DNA of 63,960 bases, counting the filler, from Pelomyxa schiedti (Eukaryota; Protista; Evosea): NCBI GenBank assembly GCA_020536535.1. It is 11 parts of 11 records of this genome, joined end to end, with 100 filler letters (N's around TTAATTAATTAA, not from the genome) between each part and the next. Parts side by side here need not be neighbours in the genome. Positions count along the whole stretch, not along the records: positions 1 to 23,325 come from JAHLWZ010000552.1; 10 more parts are not named here. One strand, 5' to 3'. Shown piece by piece: positions 1 through 11,096 of this stretch (positions are counted from its first letter, which is position 1; each line of letters starts with the position of its first letter). The position numbers and the translations under genes are program-made. Below the pieces are notes generated by a model that had not been told where the DNA came from, did not search any database, and was given only the letters and a program-made list of their open reading frames with translations.

Positions 1-1817
1 CTGGTGGCTCTGCAGGCATGCAAAGGAACCGATCAAGCAAAGTTTGTAAAATTATGTAAAGAGACAAAGACCTATGTTGACATGTTGAAGAGTTTACGAG
101 CTGCAAAGGAAGATCCCAATTGCCCAGCCCCAAGGTATCATCATCCCCACAGGATCTTCCTTCTTTTTCGTTGTCTGAGACAAGAGAGGTTCCACGAAGA
201 AACCAAGGAAAGAAAAGAAGAGCACATTTTTGCACATCTGTCACCAAACGAAATCGAGCTCACGATAGTTGGCTGCAAGGCTCTGGCCCTTCCTGGGTAT
301 TGTTTGCCATCTCATTCGATATAAGTTCTTGTTTTGTGTTTGTGTGCTGATATTCCATTCTCAGGCAAGCGAACATATGTGCTTATGTTTATGGTGAATT
401 CCAAATTGGGGACAATTCTCCACAGAAATTCTACACCGGCTATGTCACTTCACCCAGTCCAAGTAAATTGCCACACAACAAAAAAAAAGCCAGCGGTTTT
501 AACGATTCCAAGATTTCAATTATGTGACAAAATTCTTGTTTGATCGGTCCAAGAAGACACATTGCAGATTCTTTGAGCATAAGAAGACAATGGTCCTTCA
601 TGTGGCACACAAGAAAACAATTGGCTCAGTTGATGTTAATTTCCATTCATTGTTTTCATCGGAATAACAACAACCCCAACTAGATTGGAGTCTTTGAAGT
701 TAAATTTTCTGATTTACTCACAAGTTCCGAATCGAAACAAATAATACCAGTGACTTCCTTCTGTTTATTGTTTGTTGTTTTTTCTCATCTGAAAAATAAT
801 AGATCACCGCTGATTCGCGCAAGCTTCTTGGATCTGCCACAGCCGAGGTCATTCTGCGGGTTCATGAACCAATTGCACAAAAGGAATGCATCATCACAAC
901 AGAGAAGGAACTTGTTTTGGATGAGCCAATACCTGAACCTGGTTCCCATGTGGCGCCTAAAGTGACAAGCAGCAGTTCAACAGTAGAACAACAACCTCAA
1001 GGTAAAAGCGCCGTGTCACAAGTGGCCTCTCATTCAACGATGGTGTCTTCAACCACAACGCCAACGCCAACCCCAACGCAAACCCGACCAACAACACCTC
1101 CCGGAAGGCCCAACACACCCCCAGCAAGGCCCAGCACGCCGCCAGCACGACCCGCGACGCCGCCAAAGGCAGCCGTGCCGACGGCTCCTCCCACTGCTAC
1201 TCCTGGTCACAGCCGGGCACAAGCCACAGAAGCCGCTTCTCCCCCCGCAAAGTTGCCACCAACTCCAACTCCCGCGCCCACTGCTTCCCCAGCACCAAAA
1301 CAAACTGCTGCGGCTCCTGCTGCCAGTGGTGAAGAAGAAATCGATCCCGAGAGGTATCTCTTGCCTTTTCCCCCAGACTCGACGTCGTTTGGCTAACATT
1401 TTCCGCAGCCTTGACAGAGTTTGTTCCAATGAAGTCTTTGAATGGGAGGAGAAACGCTGCCAGGCCCAAATAAACAAACACATTCTTGCCAAGACACCTA
1501 TTCCTGAGGATCTTTCAACCAAGCTTCAGCAAATCAAAGTTGCCTTGACCATCCTAGTTGTCAAAGTATGGCACCCTCTCAACTACAAATTTCAGCACTC
1601 ACCCAAAAAAAAAAAATAGGTGCAAAAAGGGGTTCTCTCACCAGACGACTACAAGAAGCAACTTGAGGATGCTGTGATTGTGGAACAGAACATAGCCAAC
1701 AAGCTTTTGGCTGCTGGTAAAAAGGAACTTACCCGGGTACCTCTTCAACGTGTTGCCCTCATGAAGAAAGAAATCAAGGACATAGAAGAAGGTGGAGATG
1801 AAGAAGAAGACAGCTAA
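1..1817 (+). CDS. CC2D1/Lgd-like C2-domain protein, multi-exon, 5' truncated
   Basis: Spliced reading (e.g. intron 297-364, GT..AG) gives IELTIVGCKALALPGQANICAYVYGEF..FNYVTKF..AEVILRVHEPI (C2 domain), then a Pro/Thr linker. The C-terminal helix SNEVFEWEEK..VQKGVLSPDDYKKQLE..RVALMKKEI resembles the CC2D1A/B C-terminus. Stop TAA at 1815-1817. Confidence 0.7.
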
Positions 1818-1877
1818 ACATACAACAACACCAAAGAAAAAAACCCAAGAAATGCATTGCAAAATAAACAAACATTG

Positions 1878-3083
1878 TTAGAAGACTTGTCCTTCTAGCT
1901 GTCTGAACAAGCTCCAAGTGTCTTCCCCGTCAAGAAGAACCCCACACTTGGCACATCTTGTAAGAGCCGTGAGAAAATCGCAGCACTCCGCCACAGGCAA
2001 GCCAGCAAGCCCACACAAAGCCACAACAGCAGGAAACTGACCCACTTCCACACGCGGGAGATTGACATTCCTTTGCCCGTTTCCTCCGATTTGCCATGTT
2101 TCGTCGTCCTGCTGCTTCTCTGCGGCTCTTACCCAAGGCGCGAACATGCTGTCACGATCCCTCCCAGTATACCGCCCCATTCCCAGCTTCTGCAGAATAC
2201 GCGTTCGCGTCTCCTCCTGCCCTGTCATTACATGGTTCATGTCGCGTGGCACCCATTTCGGTGGCGGGCTGGGCACGCACCCGCAGTCTGAGACGCAGTA
2301 CCACAGCGTGACGATGCTCTCGTTATCGTATTCGGACACGTTCGTGAACCCCCGGCAATACACAAAGACCCTCTGGTCCCTCCTCGTCCTCACTTGGCAC
2401 CCGACCTGTGATCTCGGGTAGAACCACACGGCACCGTGGACGTCGGTCTCGATGTACTGTTTCTGGTCAATATCTTCCCTGCTGCTGTCGATCAAAAAAA
2501 TCCTGGATGTGAACCACTGGAGCCTCCTGCCCACAATCAGGTCGTCGTCGTGGTGTGCCACGGGGTCCCTGATGGACCCAAGCACGGATTCGTGGACCAT
2601 CCTGATCCACTTCTTCATGCACAGCGCCTTATTCAACGTGAAGACTGCTTCCTGTATAACCGCCTCGTCTTCCCTGTCACCGCGGACGAGTTCTTCAGAC
2701 ACTGAGTACTCGTCGTCCTCGGGGTCGTCGTAGCCGCCGCCGCTGCCGGTTTTGTGGTGGATTCTGGCGGTGGCAGCCAGAACCGTGAATTTTGGCCTCA
2801 GGAGGGACCGCAGGTGCAACATCATGCTGGACCGCTCACAGGCGGCCAAGCACGTGCGGGAGCACAGCGCGAAGTTGACTAGGTCAGTGGTGACGCCGAT
2901 GGAATTGAGTGATGGGAAGGGAGGGGACAACAAATAAGCCACGATGATGTCCATCACCGCACTGGGGACCAATTGGTCCAGGCCAGCGCTCTTGTCGCCA
3001 CCAAGAATAGCACCAACACTTTGTTGTGGTGTGCGTGCCGATGCCGCAGTCGAAGTCTCAGGCCCTTGCCGCCTTCGCTTCAT
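1878..3083 (-). CDS. Intronless hypothetical protein with an F-box-like N-terminal motif
   Basis: Uninterrupted ORF with first ATG at 3083 (MKRRRQ). LDQLVPSAVMDIIVAYL..DLVNFALCSRTCLAAC fits the F-box pattern LP..I..YL..L......V.R. Confidence 0.6.
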   Translation of the reverse strand: MKRRRQGPETSTAASARTPQQSVGAILGGDKSAGLDQLVPSAVMDIIVAYLLSPPFPSLNSIGVTTDLVNFALCSRTCLAACERSSMMLHLRSLLRPKFTVLAATARIHHKTGSGGGYDDPEDDEYSVSEELVRGDREDEAVIQEAVFTLNKALCMKKWIRMVHESVLGSIRDPVAHHDDDLIVGRRLQWFTSRIFLIDSSREDIDQKQYIETDVHGAVWFYPRSQVGCQVRTRRDQRVFVYCRGFTNVSEYDNESIVTLWYCVSDCGCVPSPPPKWVPRDMNHVMTGQEETRTRILQKLGMGRYTGRDRDSMFAPWVRAAEKQQDDETWQIGGNGQRNVNLPRVEVGQFPAVVALCGLAGLPVAECCDFLTALTRCAKCGVLLDGEDTWSLFRQLEGQVF

Positions 3084-3241
3084 CGAATCATAAACTAATA
3101 AGTGATTTAACGGAAGCACCAAAACCTCTCTCCGGTCCTCAGTAAACACTGAGCCAGTTCCCAACTCCCCCTCCGTCCTTCATGGGCATGGCGTCGACCC
3201 CACCAGGCTCATTGACACCAAAAATTACACATGAGTAATTC

Positions 3242-4764
3242 ATGCTTGCGTTTGATGGAGTGACAACAGCCCGTGGCCAGGCCCTTGCCGTGCTACTGTG
3301 TGGCCGTGCCCAGGCCCAGTCCTCGTGTTCGTCCTCGCCGTGCCTGTAGTCGTTGGTCCCTCCCGCGCTGGTCCGTGAGTTCGCACGCGCGTGGGTCCTC
3401 GCCACGTCCCGCCGCGTGCTTCTCGTCGTGCACAACCGCGACCCAATCCACGCACACCTTCGCTCCCTGCTATCTCCCAGCCAGAACTCCTCAAGCACCG
3501 TGGGCAGACTGGAAGAAGAAGATCCCAGAGGAGAAAGTGAGGTAATATCTGCGCCCGACCCGCAGCGGTTTAAGACTATGCACGTTGTTTTGGGCGTGTC
3601 ACACACGTTGGGGGTCACTGACGGACCGAGGGTGACCTGGTTCAGTGTGCATAATGCCCTTTACTCGGCTTCTTTCCTTAGCCCAATGGCGTCTCTGCAT
3701 CCTTACCACTCGGTGATGAGCGCCGTTGACCTCGCTGATCGGAGGCCACCTGTGCCACTTTGTGGATTGATGGCACAGAGAAATATCAGCCACAACCACA
3801 AATGGCTTGTTGTTCACAGCAATTCAGGAGGTTGTGCAATCATTGGAGTGTGGAAGCTGAGCGGCGAGGATTTCCGCTTCCCCCAAGGTGGGCATGTCAT
3901 AATGGATTTTACATCCATTGAGGCTCAGTCAGTTGTGACCAAACTGTTTGTGACTCGCGGTGGTCGGCCTGCTGCCGGAATTAGTGACGGTGATGAGCTG
4001 TGCATTTTGACCTTGGACAAGGATTCCAACTTCCTCCTCAGAGTTGTTGACATCCAGAAGTGCTTTGATTCCAGGCAACTTGTGGTTGTGAAGGAGTGTA
4101 CAATCCGCGCACAGAACAACATGGTGCCTGATGATGTGTGGGGGGACCTCGAGAGAGGGTTATTTGTTGTGTTCAGAATTAACCCGTTGAGCTGGACTAG
4201 CGCGGCCATGATTTACGATGTTGCCACTGGCGAGTGCACCATCCTCAACTCCCGGAATGTGTTCCCCCTGGATGACAGTCACTACTGCGCAACGTTTCAC
4301 TCTACACTGTCTCTACCTGAAGCGAGAGGCACAATGAAGAATGGCATCTACCAAAAAGGCACTAACAAGCTGGTGAAGGAGTGGGATGGGTATGCAGAGA
4401 GATACTGGGGCAATGGGCTTCTCTTCATCCTTGNNNNNNNNNNNNNNNNNNNNNNNNNNNNNNNNNNNNNNNNNNNNNNNNNNNNNNNNNNNNNNNNNNN
4501 NNNNNNNNNNNNNNNNNNNNNNNNNNNNNNNNNCTACCTGAAGCGAGAGGCACAATGAAGAATGGCATCTACCAAAAAGGCACTAACAAGCTGGTGAAGG
4601 AGTGGGATGGGTATGCAGAGAGATACTGGGGCAATGGGCTTCTCTTCATCCTTGGAAACAACGGGAAGATAACGTGTTGTGAGGCACTTTCTGGGCTCCA
4701 CATTGCATCCTTCTCTGTGGTTGGCTCCAATAGCATTACAATCTGCCACCCACACACTGTCTGA
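3242..4764 (+). pseudogene. Member of the expanded intronless beta-rich family, with an in-frame TAG at 3347-3349
   Basis: ATG 3242 reads MLAFDGVTTARGQALAVLLC..SPCL*SLVPPALVREFARAWV..LGVSHTLGV..NHKWLVV..EALSG. The ORF continues across the 121-bp overlap gap to TGA at 4764. Confidence 0.65.
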
Positions 4765-4825
4765 TGCTGGGAGTTTTCTTTTGTTGAGCAAACAAGCACA
4801 GTTGCAACAAAATCTAAGCTTAGCA

Positions 4826-4917
4826 CCTCGCCTCTTCTGGCCAGAATCGAACCGCTGACAAATGGATTACTCAGACTTCCCTACAGTCCACTACTCTACC
4901 AACTGAGCTAAGCGAGG
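4826..4917 (-). tRNA. tRNA-Tyr(GUA) with intron, probably a pseudogene
   Basis: Minus strand reads CCTCGCT TA GCTCAGTTGGTAGAGT A GTGGA CTGTAG [~13-nt intron] ATCCAT TTGTC AGCGGTTCGATTCTGGC CAGAAGA GGCGAGG. A and B boxes and anticodon GTA (4882-4884) are present. The T-stem is mismatched and 7 extra nt precede the 3' acceptor strand. Confidence 0.8.
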
Positions 4918-4985
4918 TTCATTGTGAGGTGGTGGCTAGGACTTGTTTCGCCTTTACAAATATTTTAAAAAAGAAAGAACCTGTT

Positions 4986-5440
4986 TTAGGGTAGTAGAAG
5001 CATGAGAAGTGCGACGATTGCGGGCAGTGTGAAGTAGTAAGGGTGGTTGGTTGCGGAGACAGAAATGGATAGAGATGTGACAGTAGACTCGGGTTCACTA
5101 GAAGATCCGGAACTGGATTGTGGGGTGGAATGTGACGCAGGTGTGGAGGTCGATGTTGAATGAGAATTGGAATGGGAAGTGGATGTCGGTGTAGATGCGG
5201 GTCCGGATGCCGATTCAGCTGTGGATGTGGATGTTGATGTCGAGTGTGAATGAGAGTGAGAGTGTGAGGTTGTTGTGGACTCGGAGTCTGAGGTGGAACG
5301 GGATAGAACGTTAGAGGTAGAGGTAGAATGTAACAGGGAACTAGATTGTGGATGCGAGCCCAACGATGTCGAGCGCGAGTTGGAGTCGGAATCGGAACCG
5401 GAATGGGAATGGGATGTGGATGTGGATGTGACTGTTGAAT
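4986..5440 (-). pseudogene. Orphan duplicated 3' end (Ser/Thr/His stalk and hydrophobic tail) of the surface-protein gene
   Basis: Copy of 6198-~6667; the sequence upstream of 5440 is unrelated. Confidence 0.7.
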
Positions 5441-5761
5441 AAATCGCGTGACAGCGGGAATACTTCAAAACATACAAGCAACAAATCCTCACATTCTCAA
5501 ACCCCCATCAGTAGCAAGTCCAGTACAAAAACCAGCACTGATCAAATCAAATAAAAGCAGAGTTTTAAAAAAATGAACGGCAGCGCAACCACACCTTCGT
5601 ATGACAAGTCGTTCCTTATCACCGGATCTTGTGCGTTCAAGGGCGACCAAATGGCAGATCTNNNNNNNNNNNNNNNNNNNNNNNNNNNNNNNNNNNNNNN
5701 NNNNNNNNNNNNNNNNNNNNNNNNNNNNNNNNNNNNNNNNNNNNNNNNNNNNNNNNNNNNN

Positions 5762-5992
5762 CTACCTGAAGCGAGAGGCACAATGAAGAATGGCATCTAC
5801 CAAAAAGGCACTAACAAGCTGGTGAAGGAGTGGGATGGGTATGCAGAGAGATACTGGGGCAATGGGCTTCTCTTCATCCTTGAAAACAACGGGAAGATAA
5901 CGTGTAGTGAAGCACTTTCTGGGCTCCACATTGCATCCTTCTCTGTGGTTGGCTCCAATAGCATTACAATCTGCCACCCACACACTGTCTGA
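5762..5992 (+). CDS. C-terminal fragment of a second copy of the 3242-4764 family gene
   Basis: LPEARGTMKNG..ITICHPHTV* with two substitutions (G>E, C>S) relative to copy 1; the 5' part falls in the gap. Confidence 0.65.
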   Translation, partial: LPEARGTMKNGIYQKGTNKLVKEWDGYAERYWGNGLLFILENNGKITCSEALSGLHIASFSVVGSNSITICHPHTV

Positions 5993-6053
5993 TGCTGGGA
6001 GTTTTCTTTTGTCGAGCAAACAAGCACAGTGGCAACAAAATCTAAGCTTAGCA

Positions 6054-6130
6054 CCTCGCCTCTTCTGGCCAGAATCGAACCGGCGACAAATGGATTACTC
6101 AGACTTCTCTACCAACTGAGCTAAGCGAGG
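6054..6130 (-). pseudogene. tRNA-Tyr pseudogene lacking the anticodon
   Basis: Same as 4826-4917, but about 15 nt including the 5' anticodon stem and GTA are deleted. The T-stem GCCGG/CTGGC is intact. Confidence 0.8.
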
Positions 6131-6197
6131 TTCATTGTGAGGTGGTGGCTAGGACTTGTTTCGCCTTTACAAATATTTTAAAAAGAAAGAACCTGTT

Positions 6198-9100
6198 TTA
6201 GGGTAGAAGCATGAGAAGTGCGACGATTGCGGGCAGTGTGAAGTAGTAAGGGTGGTTGGTTGCGGAGACAGAAATGGATAGAGATGTGACAGTAGACTCG
6301 GGTTCACTAGAAGACCCGGAACTGGATTGTGGGGTGGAATGTGACGCAGGTGTGGAGGTTGATGTTGAATGAGAATTGGAATGGGAAGTGGATGTCGGTG
6401 TAGATGCGGGTCCGGATGCGGATTCAGCTGTGGATGTGGATGTTGATGTCGAGTGTGAATGAGAGTGTGAGTGAGAGTGTGAGGTTGTTGTGGACTCGGA
6501 GTCTGAGGTGGAATGTGAGGTGGAACGGGATAGAACGTTAGAGGTAGAGGTAGAATGTAACAGGGAACTAGATTGTGGATGCGAGCCCAACGATGTCGAG
6601 CGGGAGTTGGAGTCGGAATCGGAACCGGAATGGGAATGGGATGTGGATGTGGATGTGACTGTTGAATGTGTCGAGTCAGAACCAGAGGTTGGGGTTGATG
6701 TTGAGCCTAGGCCAGAGTTCGAAGTAGTGACGGAATCGGATAGCGATGTGTATGGAGAGCTGTCAGAGCTTGATACAGAAGTGGACAGGACTACACTTCC
6801 TGGGGTAGATGAACCGCTGGAGGGAGAGCACTTGTAGGTTGGGTCATACTCGTACGGGCCCAGGTCCTATCTTTGTTGAGTGTGGCTGTTGAAGTTGAAA
6901 TGCTGGGGCATACATAATTGGAACCATACTTCGGATCACACACCTAGTGGTATTAGAATGAGGATGTGTGATTTTGGTTGTAGGCCATACACCAAAGAGG
7001 GAAAGCAAGTCAGAAATTGCAGAAGGTATTGTTGCTGTACCAGCATCAATCAGTGCACTGGTGACTTCGAATGCTGTGCGGTTATACTGCCTTATCTTGT
7101 ATACTTCTTCTATGCCAGGTTTAATTATATTTCCTAAAACTGAGAATGAAACCTATAGGTAGATTATAGGTACTGTCATAGACGCCATATCCAGGGTCGA
7201 ATTCAAGTGCTGTGACCTTGAAGGAAAGTTAGAATGCCAAGTACAGTTGCACATACCTCCCACGAAGGGAAATCGGCATGCAAATCCGAAAAAGTTGGGT
7301 ACGGGTTCCATCCACTGGCATCTTGTACAACAACAATTCCTGGTTTCCATTGCTAGATGCCAGTCAGAAATGCTTAAAAAAAAAAAAGAAAAGAAACGTT
7401 ACCGTTTTATTCCAACCACAATGCCAATAAAGGTTGTTGTCTAAGAGAGTATGGGCTTCCTCAATAAGTCCGGTTGCTGCAGCAGGAGCAAAAGCCCAAT
7501 TCTCAGAGTCCAAGAATACATCTATAGCCAATTCGCATTTAAAAGAAGGTGAATCTACAAACTGTTTTTTATATTTGTATTTGCTGTCATGGACACTTGT
7601 TTACCACCAAGAGAGTATGAATTGAGAGAGCCAATTATCAAGTTGTTGTAAACGTAGTTATCAGGTGTCCTTAAGTTAAGACCAAACTTGGAAGTAATTT
7701 TGAATTGTGGGTGTAACAAGGATATCATCTTCCCAATATAAGTACATAGTGATTCCTAAGTCTGCAAGAAAAGTCAGAGATCAAAATTCTTCAGTGGGGT
7801 TACATTCCTGCCACATTGTACGCCACATTGCGATAAAATGTAACACCCGCTACATGATCGGTATACCTTCAAGATTGAGAAGTATCATATTCAAAAGCTC
7901 CATACCACCCAAACCCGCCATAGCCTCTTCCGTCCCACAACTTCCTCTCCCAGCTTGGACGAGTCCATCCAAAACTGTTCTGGCACACATTTTCAGTTAC
8001 CAGTACATCCTTCCAGATATGAGAGTCCGATTCACTCCAGAATTTCAGGCATCCACAATCAGCATTACTACAGCAAGGCGAATCCCAAGTGTTCCCTCTT
8101 ACAAAGACTTGTCCTGTTGATACCTAGTGAAATTAATTGAGTATCTGAGTGGTTTAGGGGCAAAGCTTACGACACCGCCTGAGGATGTGCTATATGAAAA
8201 CTGGACAGCATTGTGTGAGACTCGGCTAATTTTGTTATCCAGGAAATAGATGTACTGCAAGGTATGAGGAAAAATTAAAATGACAAGAGCTGTGAACCTT
8301 GGGGTTGACAATACTCAAACCAACTCGGTTCTCATCATCACAGTTAAATGCAAGATCATGGAAGTAGGAATTGCTTATTGTGAAGTTCTTTAATCCAACT
8401 CTTTACAAAGAGTTTAATTTGAAAAAAATGGCTCGGATACTGAAGTAGTCATACCTTGGAAACGGTGAAGCTGGATTGTAAAGATTAAGTCCATGTTTAT
8501 CAATGAAACCAACTTCAAGGTTATTTATAGTCCAGTCTTCAGCAACCCAGTCATCACCATCACAACCATGTGCAACACTTACACCCTCATTACAGTAAAA
8601 TATATTGCAGTCCCTATAGAAGTTGAGAATATGTATTTTATGAAAAATTTTACGTTATTTGCACATGCAGAGACGACGTGGAATACACAGACCAACCTCC
8701 ACCCTCATAAATAGCATAGTCTTCATAAAACATAAAATTGAAGCCAGACACCCGTACATTGGATACCCCAGTAAGATCAAAACCGATTGGAGTTGCGGGG
8801 TTAGATATCTGCAGCAATTATTTATTTGAACCTCAATGGAAACCAACCTCAACAGCGGACATCGAAACACCCATAGAGTTGTTGAAGTAGAGTATACCAG
8901 TTTCGTTATCATAAAAGTATTCACCAGCGGTGTCCATGAATTCGAGCTTATTTTCAACATACCAGGATCCATATAATCCAAGAGTGGGGTACAGTCCATC
9001 AAACATACAGGGGCTGTCTGCAGTTAAAGAGCCACCAATTGTTCTACAGGAAAACCTATCAACAACAATACTCGATGTCCCAGTATTTCTGCTAGTTATG

Positions 9101-11045
9101 TTGCGCTTGTAGATGTAGTGCCCGCTGTTACAATCTGAGTTTGCTAAGTCTTTTCATTCCTGCAGCTCAAGGATACCTGATATAAAAATTCTTGCTCCAA
9201 CCAAGTCAGTGTATTTGTTAAAAGTCGAATCAATCAACTGTGTTGGGGACCTAAATGAAAGAAAATTAGAGTTTTACCAAAAGACCATGGTCAAGTTCTG
9301 GTAGTCTACCGAGTGGACTCATCACAGCTTGATCCATCCTAAAAGAAGGAAGTTGCTCCTAGTTGAAGGGATGAAGTAGTTACCACAGCAGGATTACAAG
9401 TTGGAATGCTGCTTCCTCCTTCAGCAACTTCCCAAAACTTCACTTGTCAGAGAGAAACAAGTCACAAGAAAAAGATACTTCAGTAAACTTATTGTAACTC
9501 TCAACATGGTAATTCGGGTCTCGAGCAATGTGATAACGTTCAAAGTTTGTTGCAGATGATAGAGAGGCTCCCACATAAGTCATGAAGCGTGGTGAGTCTT
9601 TCCAGTATCCCAGTGATGCTGTATCAGCTTGAATGACACTGTCACCCAGACCCTAACACAGTTTCACTGGGGGTAGTCTAAAAGGAGTCCTCACCTTGGT
9701 ATTTGGAATCCATGTCAAACTTGTTGCAGCAATGGAGCCCAGCATGAAAACGTTGGGACCTGATGCAATGTAGGTGATTTCCTTTCCTGGCTCGCCAGAG
9801 CTCACAGAAACAGATTCGCGGTAAGTTCCATCAGCGACATGTATAGTGCAGCCTTAAAAAAGGTTATTGTGAAAACGATTTTTTCTTGGAAAACCGGGAA
9901 TAGCTTTTGATGCTGCGGCTGATATAGTTTTCAGTGCTGTGCCCAGTGTTAAGCCGTCATTGCTGTCACTGCCAGTTGTGGTAGAGACGTACAAATCAGT
10001 CACAACAGGAACCATGAGAGAGCAGGACCTAATTCCAATCAGCAAGGGAGAGGGCACTAAAGAGGAAATACTTGATAATAAAGCTTCCAGAAGCTCCTGT
10101 GATGCCGGAAGCCATATCGAGAATTCCACAATTTGGGCTTTTTCCAAACCTGATAAAATTAGGGAAAAATAAAAAAAAATGCTTTGCATACTTATCTTTG
10201 TGTGTTATGGTTTTGTTATGCACAGAAATGCCATCTATCCAAATAGAAATTTGTTTATTTATGGAGAACCCCATTGTGACTTCATGAAATCCAGACTGTG
10301 GAAGATTAAAAATCTGCTGGTCAAAGTTCCAGCCTTGTATTGGTGAGGCAAGTTAAAGATTTGTTGTGTACCACTCGTGGATGACCATTCAAGGTACCCC
10401 TTGAGGAGGTTATCTGTATCAACAAAAACCTAATAAAAATTCAGACACGCCAGTATCACCAAAGAGCCCTACAGCAAGGCAACAAATTGTTGTCCATGTC
10501 TCCCCATAAACTTGCATGATAGTCACAGCCACAGTAATTTGATCCCAAAAATCGCCACTTGGACTGACAGGCAATGACCCAATCAATCCAGAGGTGTCAA
10601 TCACAGCAGTAAGAGACCCAGTGGCGGGCTCTTGGCTTACAATAGTCCCATAGTAAGGAGGGTCTGAAGTGGGACTGACACTAAAAGTTGCACCTTTGTG
10701 TATCAGGGGAGAAAATAATAATAATAGTAATAATAAAGAAAAGGTGTTCAAAGAAAGAATGAATCCTTAGAAAATTGGAAATTAGAAACCATTTGCATCG
10801 AATGTCACATGGGTGGATACATCGCCATTGGATGACCAGTCTAATGTCGAGGTGAAGTCCACAGTGCTGATTGAAGTCATTTCCTGTGCCTGTGACACCC
10901 CCAAAAATACGCAAACAAACAACAACGCTGAACATAAACTTGCGTGAGTTCCACTGGGAAAAATGCATAATTCAAAACTAGAAAAAGCGTGTTGTGGGAT
11001 GGCACACCAAACATCGCGATGAACGAGATTTTTGTTTTTCGGCAA
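6198..11045 (-). CDS. Large multi-exon secreted/cell-surface protein: signal peptide, DUF1565-like and right-handed beta-helix region, Ser/Thr/His stalk, C-terminal GPI/TM-like tail (start approximate)
   Basis: Signal-like LCSALLFVCVFLGVSQA|QE. LYVSTTTGSDSNDG..LKTISAAASKAIPG|CTIHVADGTYRESV is a typical beta-helix N-cap. Exons such as NADCGCLKFW and GVTFYRNVAYN. Ends SATNHPYYFTLPAIVALLMLLP*. Confidence 0.75.
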
Positions 11046-11096
11046 GGTTTTTTCGGGACTTTCATAGTTGGAAAAACATCAAAGATTCCTTCCTTT

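Larger units (their letters stand above)
4534..5440. repeat. Segmental duplication copy 1 (family-gene 3' end, tRNA-Tyr, 3' end of surface-protein gene); paired with 5762-~6667
   Basis: Near-identical to 5762-6667 with substitutions and small indels; similarity stops abruptly at about 5440. Confidence 0.85.

Noticed and set aside
4826-4917. Amber suppressor tRNA
   Set aside because: The anticodon is GTA (Tyr), not CTA, and the cloverleaf is damaged.
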